Positions 1 to 9,726 of a stretch of DNA of 64,000 nt are shown here, in pieces; positions within the stretch are counted from its first letter, which is position 1; each line of letters opens with the position of its first letter. The notes under the pieces are model-generated. The model was given only the letters and a program-made list of their open reading frames with translations. It was not told where the DNA came from and made no database searches. The stretch is from an uncultured Acidobacteriaceae bacterium (GTDB taxonomy: Bacteria > Acidobacteriota > Terriglobia > Terriglobales > Acidobacteriaceae). The position numbers were made by a program, and so were the translations under genes. Where the stretch lies: contig CAVRWP010000012.1 in assembly GCA_963724965.1 (NCBI GenBank), positions 21,219 through 85,218 of the forward strand, in the 5' to 3' direction.

Positions 1-111
1 GCAACTATCGTCTTTTGAACTGGTTGAGGAGCCACTCATCGCTCTTGTATCGTGCCTGCGTTCCCGCTACGATGCTCTGGCTTTGTTCTCTTCCCTGAGG
101 TTTCAAACGAC

Positions 112-1347
112 ATGAAGTGTTTTGCGAGATTGCTGCTGGCAGCGTGCCTGTCGGCTGCCATGGTTCTGCCCGGCGCCGCGGCTGACAGGTCCGGATCTCC
201 GGCTCCTGCGACCTACCTGATGACCAACGACGATGGCGTTATACACAGCTACGTCAGCTTCTTCACGCCAGGCACTTCGCAGGGCGCGAATACATTGAAC
301 TTCGCGTCCGACGTCAACACCGAGGGCAAGGGGCTGGGAGGCGGCTATTTCGGCGGCAAGCGGCTCGGCGTTCTGACCAGCGGGTCGACCGAGTGCGTGT
401 ACGCCTCTGACGCGGCTACGGGCGATATCGCCGGCATCAACATCGGGACGCAAACGCTGGCGGGCAACTTCCAGGCTTCGAGCACCGACGATGGAACCGC
501 CAACGGCATCAGCATTTCCCTGAACAGCAACTACCTGTATGCCGGCTTCGCGGATTCCAACACCATTGCCACGTTTTCGGTTCTGCCGGGCTGCCAACTG
601 TCTTTCCTGGGAGACACCTCGGTGAGCGGCTTGCAAGGCGGAATGGTGGCGGGGATGGCGCTGCACGGAAATATTCTGGTGGTCACCTACGCGGACGGCT
701 CCATCGAGTCCTTCAGCGTCGCTAACGGCACACCAATATCGAACGGCGACGAGCAGAATTCGACCTCCTTCAGCCACAACGGCATCAACTTTCCCGAAGG
801 GGTTGATATCACCGCGGATGGTCACTTCGCCGTCTTCGGAGATTCGTCGCTGAACACCGTAATCGAAGTTTCCGATATTTCTTCCGGACACCTGACGGCC
901 ACGGTTCCCTACATCATCGGGGGCGGCGGTTCGAACTCTGTCGGCCCGTCGTTCGGGTCGAAAACGACCGGGGTGAATTCAGGAGCGATTTACATTAGCC
1001 CTGACGAGTCGATGATTTACATCGCCAACAGTGATGGCGGCTCGGTGTCGGCTGTGTTCTTTAATGCGTCGACCGGGACTATCTCCGGCGGATGCAGTTC
1101 CCGGCGTTTGACCGGTTTCTACAATCCCTGGGCCTTCGCCGGTTCCGTCGTCACTCGCGACAATACCGGCACCGGCGGGGTTTTGTATGTCGCCGAGTAC
1201 GGCTACACCGGCTCCTACATTGGAGTAGTCAACATCAACAGCAACGGAACGACCTGCACCTTGCCGGAGTCCACGGCGTCCGAGGTTCCCGATCTGCTGA
1301 CCAGCGGTCTGCTGACCATTACGACTTATCCGCCGCGGAGCTTCTAG
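112..1347 (+). CDS. secreted repeat protein, probable beta-propeller, function unknown
   Basis: ORF 52..1347. The best start is at MKCFARLLLAACLSAAMVLPGAAA, a signal-peptide-like N-terminus. Gly/Ser/Thr-rich repeated strand pattern. No catalytic motif recognised. Confidence 0.55.
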   Translation: MKCFARLLLAACLSAAMVLPGAAADRSGSPAPATYLMTNDDGVIHSYVSFFTPGTSQGANTLNFASDVNTEGKGLGGGYFGGKRLGVLTSGSTECVYASDAATGDIAGINIGTQTLAGNFQASSTDDGTANGISISLNSNYLYAGFADSNTIATFSVLPGCQLSFLGDTSVSGLQGGMVAGMALHGNILVVTYADGSIESFSVANGTPISNGDEQNSTSFSHNGINFPEGVDITADGHFAVFGDSSLNTVIEVSDISSGHLTATVPYIIGGGGSNSVGPSFGSKTTGVNSGAIYISPDESMIYIANSDGGSVSAVFFNASTGTISGGCSSRRLTGFYNPWAFAGSVVTRDNTGTGGVLYVAEYGYTGSYIGVVNINSNGTTCTLPESTASEVPDLLTSGLLTITTYPPRSF

Positions 1348-1419
1348 CCGCCGACCAGTTGACAGACGGGCTGCCGTGCTGCGGCGCTCGATAGAAACAA
1401 GAATTTTAGGGAGTCAGGA

Positions 1420-3048
1420 ATGCGCGCAATGCTTCGAATTGGTTTACTGGCGCTGGTTTGCGGGGTTTCCGTGCTCAGCGCTTCGGCCCAGATTCAGCCG
1501 GGTTGCCCGGACCGTCCGTTGCCGGGATCTCCGCTCAACAACCCGCTGGATCTGTACAGCCAGAACGGCGTGCTCACCTTGAGCCTGGTATTGCAGAACG
1601 GGGTCGACAACTCCGGGTTCATGCATTACTGCTACATCTACTTGTACCAGGGCCAGGAAGTTGAGGCGCCCACGCTGCGACTCAACCCCGGCGACACCCT
1701 GACCATTAACTTCACCAATAACATTCAGGCGCCGTACAACCTGCTGCCGCAGGAAGCCAAGGCTTTCAAGGCGATGCAGAAGTCCATGCAAATGGAAATG
1801 CACATGACGCGCAGCCCGTCCGACGACTGCAGCGGCAATCCGGTCCTGGAGTCGTCAACGAACATCCATTTCCACGGCCTGAACGTTCCACCGGTCTGCC
1901 ACCAGGATGACGTTCTCAAGACGATCATCGAGTCGGGCGATCCAGCGTTCCAATACTCGCTCCAGATTCCGACCAACGAGCCGCCGGGCATGTACTGGTA
2001 CCACCCGCACGTTCACGGCCTGGCTACGACCCAGGTCACGGGCGGAGCGTCGGGCGCGCTCATCGTCGAGGGTCCGATTCCACAGGGTCTGAACGAGCGC
2101 ATTCTGATTCTGCGCGAACAGGACAAGACCGGACCGGCCAACGATCCTGACGCCAACGCTCAGCTTACGATGAACTTCCAGCCTGCGGTCTATCCCGAGG
2201 GCGGACTGGCACCGGCCATCACCGTGCAGCCGGGAGCGCAGGAGTACTGGCGCTTCCTGAACTCTACGGCCCGCCAGTTCACTTCGTTGCAACTGTTCTA
2301 CGGGCTCACGCAGCAGACGTTTGAGGTGGTTTCGATTGACGGGGTACAACTTGGGACGCCGATTTATACCCAGACGCTGAACATTCCCCCGGCAGGCCGT
2401 ATGGAGTTCATTATCCCCGGGTTACCCGCGGGACAAACAGGCACTTTCGAAACCCAAGGCTACACCACCGGTACCGTGGGCGACTTGAACGGACCGCAGG
2501 TGCTGGCCAAGATGACCACCAGCGCCAACTCCCAGAAGCAGCCCGACTCGCTGGTAGCGCACGTGGTTAAGCCGCCCTCTCAGCCGGTTCGCTTCTCCGG
2601 TCTGGCGCAACTTCCCCCCGATATCACGCGTTCGCTGTATTTCTCCGAGCAGAATGTGGGAACCAACGGCCACACGCAGTTCTACATCACCGTGTCGGGC
2701 CAGCAGCCGCATCTGTTCCACATGGACGACCCGCCGGCGATCGTCACCCAGGTTGGCAACGTGGAAGACTGGACGATTACCAATCGCTCCGGCGAAGTAC
2801 ACGCCTTCCACATCCACCAGATTCATTTCCTGGTGGAAGCTATCGACGGAGTGCCGGTAACCAATCCAGACATGCAGGACACCGTGATCATTGCGCCGTG
2901 GACGGGCGTGGGACCGTATCACAGCGTGACTCTGCGCATGGATTTTCGCGATCCCAACATTGCGGGAACCTTTGTTTACCATTGCCACATTCTCGATCAC
3001 GAGGATGGCGGCATGATGGCGAAAATACAGGTTAATCCCGCAAATTAG
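1420..3048 (+). CDS. multicopper oxidase (laccase-like)
   Basis: All four copper-binding motifs are present: HFHG, WYHPHVHG, HAFHIHQIHF and HCHILDHEDGGMM. Signal peptide MRAMLRIGLLALVCGVSVLSASA. GGAG-type RBS lies upstream. Confidence 0.9.
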   Translation: MRAMLRIGLLALVCGVSVLSASAQIQPGCPDRPLPGSPLNNPLDLYSQNGVLTLSLVLQNGVDNSGFMHYCYIYLYQGQEVEAPTLRLNPGDTLTINFTNNIQAPYNLLPQEAKAFKAMQKSMQMEMHMTRSPSDDCSGNPVLESSTNIHFHGLNVPPVCHQDDVLKTIIESGDPAFQYSLQIPTNEPPGMYWYHPHVHGLATTQVTGGASGALIVEGPIPQGLNERILILREQDKTGPANDPDANAQLTMNFQPAVYPEGGLAPAITVQPGAQEYWRFLNSTARQFTSLQLFYGLTQQTFEVVSIDGVQLGTPIYTQTLNIPPAGRMEFIIPGLPAGQTGTFETQGYTTGTVGDLNGPQVLAKMTTSANSQKQPDSLVAHVVKPPSQPVRFSGLAQLPPDITRSLYFSEQNVGTNGHTQFYITVSGQQPHLFHMDDPPAIVTQVGNVEDWTITNRSGEVHAFHIHQIHFLVEAIDGVPVTNPDMQDTVIIAPWTGVGPYHSVTLRMDFRDPNIAGTFVYHCHILDHEDGGMMAKIQVNPAN

Positions 3049-3081
3049 CCTTGCTTGTGCGACGCAGTGCAAACAAGGCTT

Positions 3082-3119
3082 GGCCGCTGAGGGGCAGACT
3101 CAGCGGCCTTTTTCTTTTT
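3082..3119 (+). terminator. rho-independent terminator after the multicopper oxidase gene
   Basis: Stem ggccgctga (3082-3090) pairs with tcagcggcc (3100-3108) and is followed by tttttcttttt. It sits between convergent genes. Confidence 0.6.
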
Positions 3120-5043
3120 ACGGATTGTAGCGGGCGAGCCAGGCGGCGATCTCGCGGAAGACGTCCAGCCGCTGCTCCCACACTGTGGGAAAGTGCGGCG
3201 AGCCCGGATAAGTGACCATGCGAACGGTCTTGCCGCGCGCCGCCAGGACTTCGAACAGTTCCCTGCCTTCGTACGTCGGCACGCGTTCGTCGCTGGCGCC
3301 GTGCAGGATCAGCAGCGGCGTGCTGACATTCTCCGAATGCATGGCGGCGGAGAAGATGAGGAAGGCGTTGGGATCCTTGTCGGGCCAGCGCGCGTCGTAA
3401 TCAAATTGCTGGATGTCGCTGGTCCAGATGAAGCTCAACCAGTCGGTGATGCCGGCGCCTTCGATGGCAGCCTTGTAGCGATTCGTTTGCGTGACCGACC
3501 ATGCGGTCATGAAGCCGCCTGCGCTCCAGCCAAACATCGTGAGGCGATCAGGATCGGCCCAGCCCTGCGCGATGGCGAAGTCGGTGGCGCTGTCGACGTC
3601 GCGGTAAGCACGATCGCCGAAGTGTTGGTAGATGGCGTTGAGGAACTCCGAGCCGTAGCCGGTTGAGCCGCGATATTCGGGCTCCAGCACTACATAGCCC
3701 ATACCAGTAAAGATCTGCGTGAAGCTATCCATGCGCAGGGTGTCATTCGCCTCGGGACCTCCGTGCGGCAGCACCATGAACGGATACTTCTTGCCCGCGA
3801 CATAATCCGGCGGGAAGGTCACGATGCCTTCCAGGTCGATTCCCTCTTTGCTCTTCCAGCGAACAGCTTTCACTGGACCGAGCGAGATCTTGGCGAGCTG
3901 GTCGTCGCCTTCGTTGGTGATTTTGCGAAGCGCGCTGCCGTCGGCAACCGCGATGTTAGCAGCGTGTTGCGGATCGGCCACAGTCAGCACACGGACGTCG
4001 GGTGAGGAGGCCAGCTCAGGCGTCACCACGCCACCGTCGATGGTTCCTTCCGGCCACTTGTAGGTCGGCTGAAGCGATCCGTTCTGGAAAAGGTCTTCTT
4101 CGATCTGCACGCCGCGCGCGAGGCTGATCCAGGCGTTTCCATGGGGATCGACGGACAGATGGATGGCGCTGGCGTCGAGCTTCGGGGTCTGATCGTGCGG
4201 CGTGCCTCCTGCGGCCGGCACCGTCCATACGTGGTCGGGCGTGAGGACCTGGGTAGTCGTGCTCAGGAAGACGAGGTCCTTGCCGCCGTCGATCCAGCCA
4301 ATATTCGCACCCGCGTTGTCGAGGGTGGCTACGTGGCGCGCGCCTGAGGCGCTGCAAACGTCGATGTCGGTATGAATGTAGTGAAAGCCGATCTTGGGCG
4401 TCTGCGAGAGCACGGCCAAGGAGCTTCCGTCCGGCGACCAGGCCACGCCACTCTCGGCTACATCCTTCAATGTGGGACACCACCACGCACCGCCTGAGCC
4501 GTCGGAGTTAATGACGTAGAGGCTGGTGGGCGCGTTCTCGATGACGGTGTGGACATCGTCCAGCGGATCAGGCAGGCGCGGGTCGGCCAGCAGCGCGTAA
4601 CGGTGGCCATCGGCCGACATCGTGATGGACTGGATGCCGCGCGGCAGCGCCGTCAGAGGAGTGGCCGTGGCGGCTGCGGCGGCGGGCGTGTTGGGCTCCG
4701 CCAGCGGCAGCGTCGCCAGTTGCGGCGTCTTGTTCACCTCAAGGCGGCCGTACAGGCTCTTGCCATCGGCGGTGAAGCCTGAGGGACGAAAGTGCTCAGG
4801 CAGGGTGAGATGCCGGGCCTCGCCGCCGCTGACGGCGATCAGTTGCCACTCCTCGGTGTCGGGCCCTTTGAGCGCGCCGTGGCCAACACGATAAAGAATG
4901 GTCTTCCCGTCGGGCGAAACCGCGACGGCTGAGGCATGGCGCAGAGTGGCGGCATCATCGGCGGTAAAGCGATGGCGGGTGTTCTGGGCCGTCGCCAGCA
5001 GTGCGGTGGCAAGGCAGAAGAGTGTGAGGACGAATTTTCGCAT
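3118..5043 (-). CDS. S9 family serine peptidase (prolyl oligopeptidase / acylaminoacyl peptidase type) with N-terminal propeller
   Basis: ORF 3118..5061. The GWSAGG nucleophile-elbow motif (FGWSAGGFM) lies in an alpha/beta-hydrolase C-terminus. Signal peptide MRKFVLTLFCLATALLATAQ. A GGAGA RBS favours the ATG at 5043 over 5061. Confidence 0.88.
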   Translation of the reverse strand: MRKFVLTLFCLATALLATAQNTRHRFTADDAATLRHASAVAVSPDGKTILYRVGHGALKGPDTEEWQLIAVSGGEARHLTLPEHFRPSGFTADGKSLYGRLEVNKTPQLATLPLAEPNTPAAAAATATPLTALPRGIQSITMSADGHRYALLADPRLPDPLDDVHTVIENAPTSLYVINSDGSGGAWWCPTLKDVAESGVAWSPDGSSLAVLSQTPKIGFHYIHTDIDVCSASGARHVATLDNAGANIGWIDGGKDLVFLSTTTQVLTPDHVWTVPAAGGTPHDQTPKLDASAIHLSVDPHGNAWISLARGVQIEEDLFQNGSLQPTYKWPEGTIDGGVVTPELASSPDVRVLTVADPQHAANIAVADGSALRKITNEGDDQLAKISLGPVKAVRWKSKEGIDLEGIVTFPPDYVAGKKYPFMVLPHGGPEANDTLRMDSFTQIFTGMGYVVLEPEYRGSTGYGSEFLNAIYQHFGDRAYRDVDSATDFAIAQGWADPDRLTMFGWSAGGFMTAWSVTQTNRYKAAIEGAGITDWLSFIWTSDIQQFDYDARWPDKDPNAFLIFSAAMHSENVSTPLLILHGASDERVPTYEGRELFEVLAARGKTVRMVTYPGSPHFPTVWEQRLDVFREIAAWLARYNP

Positions 5044-5202
5044 GATCTCTCCGGTCATCATTGAAAGAGCAGCAGCATAACAAGTTCGCTCGGCCGCATC
5101 CAGCCGAGGCTCGTGATGAGTGATACGGGAACGGTCAGCAGGAGGTTCACAGGAAGAATGAGGGCGAAGACAGCGGTGAGGCGCGTGTATAATTTTGAGG
5201 TG

Positions 5203-5279
5203 CGCGCCCGTAGCTCAGCTGGATAGAGCGAACGCCTCCGGAGCGTTAGGTCGGGAGTTCGAATCTCTCCGGGCGCGCC
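5203..5279 (+). tRNA. tRNA-Arg (anticodon CCG)
   Basis: Cloverleaf read by hand. Acceptor GCGCCCG pairs with CGGGCGC, D arm is GCTC-AGCTGGATA-GAGC, anticodon stem AACGC/GCGTT carries loop CTCCGGA, T arm is GGGAG-TTCGAAT-CTCTC, and the 3' CCA is encoded. Confidence 0.95.
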
Positions 5280-5371
5280 AGCATTGTGAGCCCGGCGACT
5301 TCTCCACCGCCAAACCCCATCCGCATCACCGATACAAGGCGTCCCGGTGGCATCAGGTCTAAACTGGATTC

Positions 5372-5542
5372 ATGTTGCGAGCACACAAAGAAGCCATCGA
5401 TGCTATCAAGTCTGCCCAGAAACGGGTCGAGAAGGCAACGCAGGAGCGGGACAAGGCTAAGGTACAACTCAAGAAGACCCAGGCCCGATTAGAGCGGGAA
5501 AAAGAACTGCTCAAGCGCAGCCAGGATAAGCTGGAGAGTTGA
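5372..5542 (+). CDS. possible 56-aa coiled-coil micro-protein
   Basis: An ATG..TGA ORF below the track cutoff encodes MLRAHKEAIDAIKSAQKRVEKATQERDKAKVQLKKTQARLEREKELLKRSQDKLES. It is charged and heptad-like. No clear RBS. Confidence 0.25.
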   Translation: MLRAHKEAIDAIKSAQKRVEKATQERDKAKVQLKKTQARLEREKELLKRSQDKLES

Positions 5543-5682
5543 AGCTGGGCTCAGGGATACTTACGATGTGCCTGAGGCGAGAGAGCGCTGAAGCGGTTGG
5601 TCGATTCGCTGCAATCCCAACCGTTCCTGGTATTCATGACCGAGAATGTGTGACGGCCAAGAACCAGGCTTCCTGCTTGCGC

Positions 5683-5922
5683 CTATAACGAAGGCTTCCG
5701 TTCCGCTACGGACAAAAACTCCGCCATCTCCTCTTCCATGCAGAGGAACAGCTCATCGTCGACATCGCAAGGTGGGAACGTTCCGACTTTACGAAGGGTG
5801 GTGCGCGCCGGTCGGTGCTTCGGTTTTGAGGCCAGCGAGCACTTCGCCAGAAAGATGAGAAAGAAGACCAGTCCGAGTGCGCAAGTTGCGAGGAAGGAAG
5901 TCATAAGAAGATTTGCGCTCAT
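5683..5922 (-). CDS. 79-aa single-pass membrane micro-protein, paralog of the leader ORF upstream of the porin at 45846..47444
   Basis: Inner ATG of ORF 5683..6090. Sequence is MSANLLMTSFLATCALGLVFFLIFLAKCSL, then a basic linker, then EEEMAEFLSV. It has the same architecture, and the same promoter box, as 47445..47636. Confidence 0.4.
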   Translation of the reverse strand: MSANLLMTSFLATCALGLVFFLIFLAKCSLASKPKHRPARTTLRKVGTFPPCDVDDELFLCMEEEMAEFLSVAERKPSL

Positions 5923-5958
5923 CGTTTCTGGTTTCCCTGGTTTGATTGAAGCACGCAG

Positions 5959-6000
5959 CGTATAAAGGCCGCCTAAGGCAGTCGTAAGTTTTTCGTAAAG
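5959..6000 (-). promoter_or_regulatory. candidate promoter with OmpR/KdpE-type direct-repeat box (orphan copy)
   Basis: The minus strand reads CTTTACGAAAAACTTACGA, a 17-nt spacer, then TATACG. The 18-mer (5983-6000) is identical to 47719-47736. Half-sites TTTACG and CTTACG are 11 bp apart and overlap the -35. Confidence 0.45.
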
Positions 6001-6196
6001 CGTCGAAGCTGCGCCGCGAGTCTCGAAACGCCTCGCATTCGCATCATCTCCGCGATCTGCGAGCGAATAGCAGCACAAAGCCGACGCCAACGTCTCGTCG
6101 CGCCATATAAAAAAGTTATAAAGATTTTGTTAAGATTCGGGCCTGCACCCCGCTGCGGGCGATATCCTGAAAAAGTTCCTTTATCAAGCGGGCTTA

Positions 6197-8437
6197 ATGC
6201 AAAAACCATCGACCCTGAATAAACCAGCGGTACAAGTTTTTGTCGCCACCACGGTGATGCTGACGTTCATCTCCTTCTGGCGTGCGGCAGCTATCGTACT
6301 TTCGGATCTGGCCTCATCGGCGTACTACGTCGGCGGCGACGCCGAAAAAGTCATCGGCAAGAGCGCTCCCTGGTTTGTTCTGGCGGTCATGCTCTTCAGC
6401 TATGCCGTGCGCTCGATCTACATCGAATCGAGCAGCATGTTCGTGCGCGGCGGCGTCTACAAGGTCGTCAAAGAGGCCATGGGCGGCAACCTGGCCAAGC
6501 TCTCGGTCTCGGCCTTGCTGTTCGATTACGTTCTCACCGGCCCAATCAGCGCCGTGTCAGCCGGACAGTACCTCGCCGGCCTGATGGAAGATGTGCTGGG
6601 CCGCGCCGGACATCCTGTGCACTGGACCGACGCGCAGATCAACTACATCGCCGCAGCCTTCGGCATCATCGTCACCGCCTACTTCTGGTGGAAGAACATC
6701 CAGGGTATCCACGAGTCCAGCGAGAAGGCGCTGCGCATCATGCAGATCACCACGGTGATGGTGGTGGTCATGATCGTCTGGTGCGCGGTGACGCTGATTG
6801 TCCATCCCGCGCATCTGCCTCCGCTGCCCACGCGCAACAACCTGCACATGACGCACGAATCGCTGGGCTGGCTCTACCACAGTTGGGCGGCGAACCTGAC
6901 GTGGGTCTTGCTGCTGGTCGGCTTCGGGCACTCGGTGCTGGCCATGAGCGGCGAGGAGTCATTGGCCCAGGTCAACCGCGAAATCGAGCACCCCAAGCTG
7001 AAGAACCTGGAGCGCACCGGGCTGGTGATCTTCATCTACAGCTTGCTGTTCACCTCGCTGGTCTCGTTCTTTGCGGTGATGATCATCCCCGACAAGGTGC
7101 GGCCCGACTATTTCGCCAACCTGATCAGTGGCCTGGCGATGAACGTGGTCGGCCCCTACACGCTGAGGCTGTTCTTCCAGGGCTTCGTGGTGCTGGTGGG
7201 CGCACTGATTCTGTCCGGCGCGGTGAACACGGCCATCGTCGGCGCCAATGGCGTGCTGAACCGCATCAGCGAGGACGGCGTGCTGACGCCGTGGTTCCGG
7301 CATCCGCAGCGCAAGTACGGCACCACGCACCGCATCATCAACCTCATCGCTCTGCTGCAGATCCTGACCATCGTACTCAGCCGCGGCAACGTTTATCTGC
7401 TGGCCTCGCTGTACGCCTTCGGCGTCATCTGGAGCTTTGCCTTCAAGTCGCTGGCCGTGCTGGTGCTGCGCTTCACCGAGCCCGAGAACCGCATCTGGAA
7501 GGTGCCGGGCAATGTGCACATCGGCAAAGTGGAAATTCCCATCGGCCTGGGCTTGATCTCGCTGCTGCTGTTCGCCACCGCTGTCGTGAACCTGTTCACC
7601 AAGGAATTGGCCACCATCTCCGGCATCGCCTTCAGTCTGGCGCTGTTTGCCGTGTTCACGATTTCGGAGAAGATCAGCCTGCGCAGCGCCGAGGGCAAGC
7701 GCCATGAACTCGAGCAGTTCCGGATTAACGCGCAGCAGGAGCTCACAGCCGAGAGCATGGAGGTGCGCCCGGGCAACATCCTGGTCGCCGTGCGTGATCC
7801 GCATAACATGGCGTACCTGCGCGAGGTGCTGGCGGAAACCGACACCACACAGCGCGATGTGGTGGTGATGACGGCGCGCGTCTATCATCGCGAGCACTCT
7901 TTTGCCGGCAGCACCAGCATGGATACCTCCGAAATCTTCGAGCAGTACGAGCGCGAGCTGTTCACCGCCGTGGTTAACACAGCGGAGAAACAGGGCAAAC
8001 ATGTCTCACTGCTGGTGGCTCCGACCAACGATGTGTTCGAAAGCATCGTGGCTACCGGCCAGAAGCTGAAGTCGACCCGCATAGTCTGCGGCCTCTCGAA
8101 CAAGCTGACGCCCGAGGAGCAGGGCAAGCTGACCGGAGACGCCTGGGAGCGGCTGCCTGAGCCGCGACCCTCGATGCGGCTGGAAGTGGTCGCACCTGAT
8201 GGCCGTAAATGGGAGTACGTACTGGGGCCGCATAACCCGCGCATGCGCGGGCAGGATCTGAAGCTGATGCATGACATTTGGCTCAACGTCACGCGGGATC
8301 GCGATTTCGGCCAGTTACATCACTACCACGTCGTCGCCGTCGCCCTGCGCGAGCTGAATGAGCGGCTCGAAGGAAAGGACCGCGAGCAGGTGCTGGAAGA
8401 GCTGAAGCAAGAGATCGACCACGACGACACGGCGTAG
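6197..8437 (+). CDS. APC-superfamily permease with C-terminal USP-like cytoplasmic domain
   Basis: 746 aa. About 12 hydrophobic segments are followed by a roughly 230-aa soluble domain (ILVAVRDPHNMAYL...VVVMTARV...SLLVAPTNDVFESIV) resembling the universal stress protein fold. Confidence 0.8.
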   Translation: MQKPSTLNKPAVQVFVATTVMLTFISFWRAAAIVLSDLASSAYYVGGDAEKVIGKSAPWFVLAVMLFSYAVRSIYIESSSMFVRGGVYKVVKEAMGGNLAKLSVSALLFDYVLTGPISAVSAGQYLAGLMEDVLGRAGHPVHWTDAQINYIAAAFGIIVTAYFWWKNIQGIHESSEKALRIMQITTVMVVVMIVWCAVTLIVHPAHLPPLPTRNNLHMTHESLGWLYHSWAANLTWVLLLVGFGHSVLAMSGEESLAQVNREIEHPKLKNLERTGLVIFIYSLLFTSLVSFFAVMIIPDKVRPDYFANLISGLAMNVVGPYTLRLFFQGFVVLVGALILSGAVNTAIVGANGVLNRISEDGVLTPWFRHPQRKYGTTHRIINLIALLQILTIVLSRGNVYLLASLYAFGVIWSFAFKSLAVLVLRFTEPENRIWKVPGNVHIGKVEIPIGLGLISLLLFATAVVNLFTKELATISGIAFSLALFAVFTISEKISLRSAEGKRHELEQFRINAQQELTAESMEVRPGNILVAVRDPHNMAYLREVLAETDTTQRDVVVMTARVYHREHSFAGSTSMDTSEIFEQYERELFTAVVNTAEKQGKHVSLLVAPTNDVFESIVATGQKLKSTRIVCGLSNKLTPEEQGKLTGDAWERLPEPRPSMRLEVVAPDGRKWEYVLGPHNPRMRGQDLKLMHDIWLNVTRDRDFGQLHHYHVVAVALRELNERLEGKDREQVLEELKQEIDHDDTA

Positions 8438-8553
8438 TACCGGCTAGCCAAGTGTCGCGGTCGCGGCTGTAACACCTTGTTCATAATTCTTGGCTATACT
8501 TCTTCGATAGCAACGCGAGCAGCTGGTTTTTAACTCTGCTTGTTGCTCTCTCC

Positions 8554-9297
8554 ATGCTCTTAACCAGACTCGGCGCATTCCTGTTCTGTTCTGTTACCGC
8601 ACTTACTGCACAGATGCTTCCTCCGGGAACGGCTCTTCCGGTGGTCGTCAGCTCAGATATCAACGCCAAGAACGCCAAGCCGGGGCAGAAAATCGAAGGC
8701 AAGCTGGCGCAGGCGGTCAAGATCCCGGATGGCGGCCATCTCAATAAAGGAGCTCACGTTACCGGCCACGTCGTTTCTGCAATGCGCTCCGACGGGAAAG
8801 GTTCGCGGCTCGTTGTGCAGTTCGACCAACTGCAGGACGAGCACGTCAGCCTGCCGTTGCAGGTGGGCTTGCGCGCGATGGCCAGCTCGCAGGCAGTCTT
8901 CCAGGCGGGAGTGCCGGTCGACAACAACTCGGACGCCGAATCCTCGCAAGAGTGGGTGACGCAACAGGTCGGGGGCGATTACGTCTTCCGCGGGCGCGGC
9001 TACATGGCGTCGCCGGTGGCCAAAGACGGCATCTGGGATGGGTCGGGCGTGTGGGGCAAGCTGCCCGTGATCGATGGCTGTGCCGGAATCGAAAACAACA
9101 ATCCATTGCAATCGCTTTGGATATTCTCGGCTGCGGCCTGCGGTATCTACGGCTTCGAAAACACGAAGCTGGATGGCGACGGCAGCAACACGCCTTCCTA
9201 TGGCCAGATCGCGTTCACCTCACCCAAGGACATCGACATTCGCGGTGGCAGCGGCTGGCTACTGGTGGTCAATGCGCCGCCGAAGCCGGCCAAATAG
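8554..9297 (+). CDS. secreted hypothetical protein
   Basis: 247-aa ORF with signal peptide MLLTRLGAFLFCSVTALTAQ. No recognised motif. Confidence 0.55.
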   Translation: MLLTRLGAFLFCSVTALTAQMLPPGTALPVVVSSDINAKNAKPGQKIEGKLAQAVKIPDGGHLNKGAHVTGHVVSAMRSDGKGSRLVVQFDQLQDEHVSLPLQVGLRAMASSQAVFQAGVPVDNNSDAESSQEWVTQQVGGDYVFRGRGYMASPVAKDGIWDGSGVWGKLPVIDGCAGIENNNPLQSLWIFSAAACGIYGFENTKLDGDGSNTPSYGQIAFTSPKDIDIRGGSGWLLVVNAPPKPAK

Positions 9298-9418
9298 CGC
9301 AATCGCCATTTCTCCTCGCTTACAATATGGGTTACGCATTCGAGCCGCCTGAGACAACAGGAGCCCGGCAGAACTGCTCTAATGTATTTCGTAATCTTCG
9401 TAAGTCATTGAGGTGACC

Positions 9419-9709
9419 ATGCAGAACTGGAAGAAAGCTATCGTTTTCGGATCCATCGGCGCAGGAGCCGTGCTGATCTTGACTGGACGCAAGCCGGTCG
9501 GAATGGCGTGCGCGGCCGCCGGCCTGGCCGTGCTGGCCTCGGAATATCCGGAGAAGTTCGAATCGGTGTGGGAGAACGCGCCCGACTACCTGCAAAAGGG
9601 CATGCAGATCTTCGGAACCCTGCAGAAGCTGGGTGAGAACTTTGCCGAAGAAGCGGAGCGGCGCAGCGTGGACACTTGGCGCACTATTCGCTCGGAATAC
9701 GGTTCTTAG
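9419..9709 (+). CDS. small membrane protein, function unknown
   Basis: ORF 9413..9709. A GAGG RBS 5 nt upstream favours the ATG at 9419. Two hydrophobic segments (AIVFGSIGAGAVLIL and GMACAAAGLAVLA). Confidence 0.5.
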   Translation: MQNWKKAIVFGSIGAGAVLILTGRKPVGMACAAAGLAVLASEYPEKFESVWENAPDYLQKGMQIFGTLQKLGENFAEEAERRSVDTWRTIRSEYGS

Positions 9710-9726
9710 GTTCCGCTCCGATATGC

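Noticed and set aside
5286-5492. ORF 5286..5492 next to tRNA-Arg, and the tRNA-proximal region as an integrated island.
   Set aside because: The translation is Pro/Arg/Ser-rich and junk-like. No integrase is present. No repeat of the tRNA 3' end was seen downstream. Only the orphan promoter / micro-ORF copy is notable, and it is reported separately.
9387-9405. tttCGTAATcttCGTAAGtc as a third KdpE-like box upstream of the small membrane protein gene.
   Set aside because: The half-sites are 9 bp apart, not 11. The repeat is in the opposite orientation relative to the downstream gene. It lies between the probable -10 hexamer (TACAAT at 9320) and the RBS. Similarity is limited to the CGTAA pentamer.
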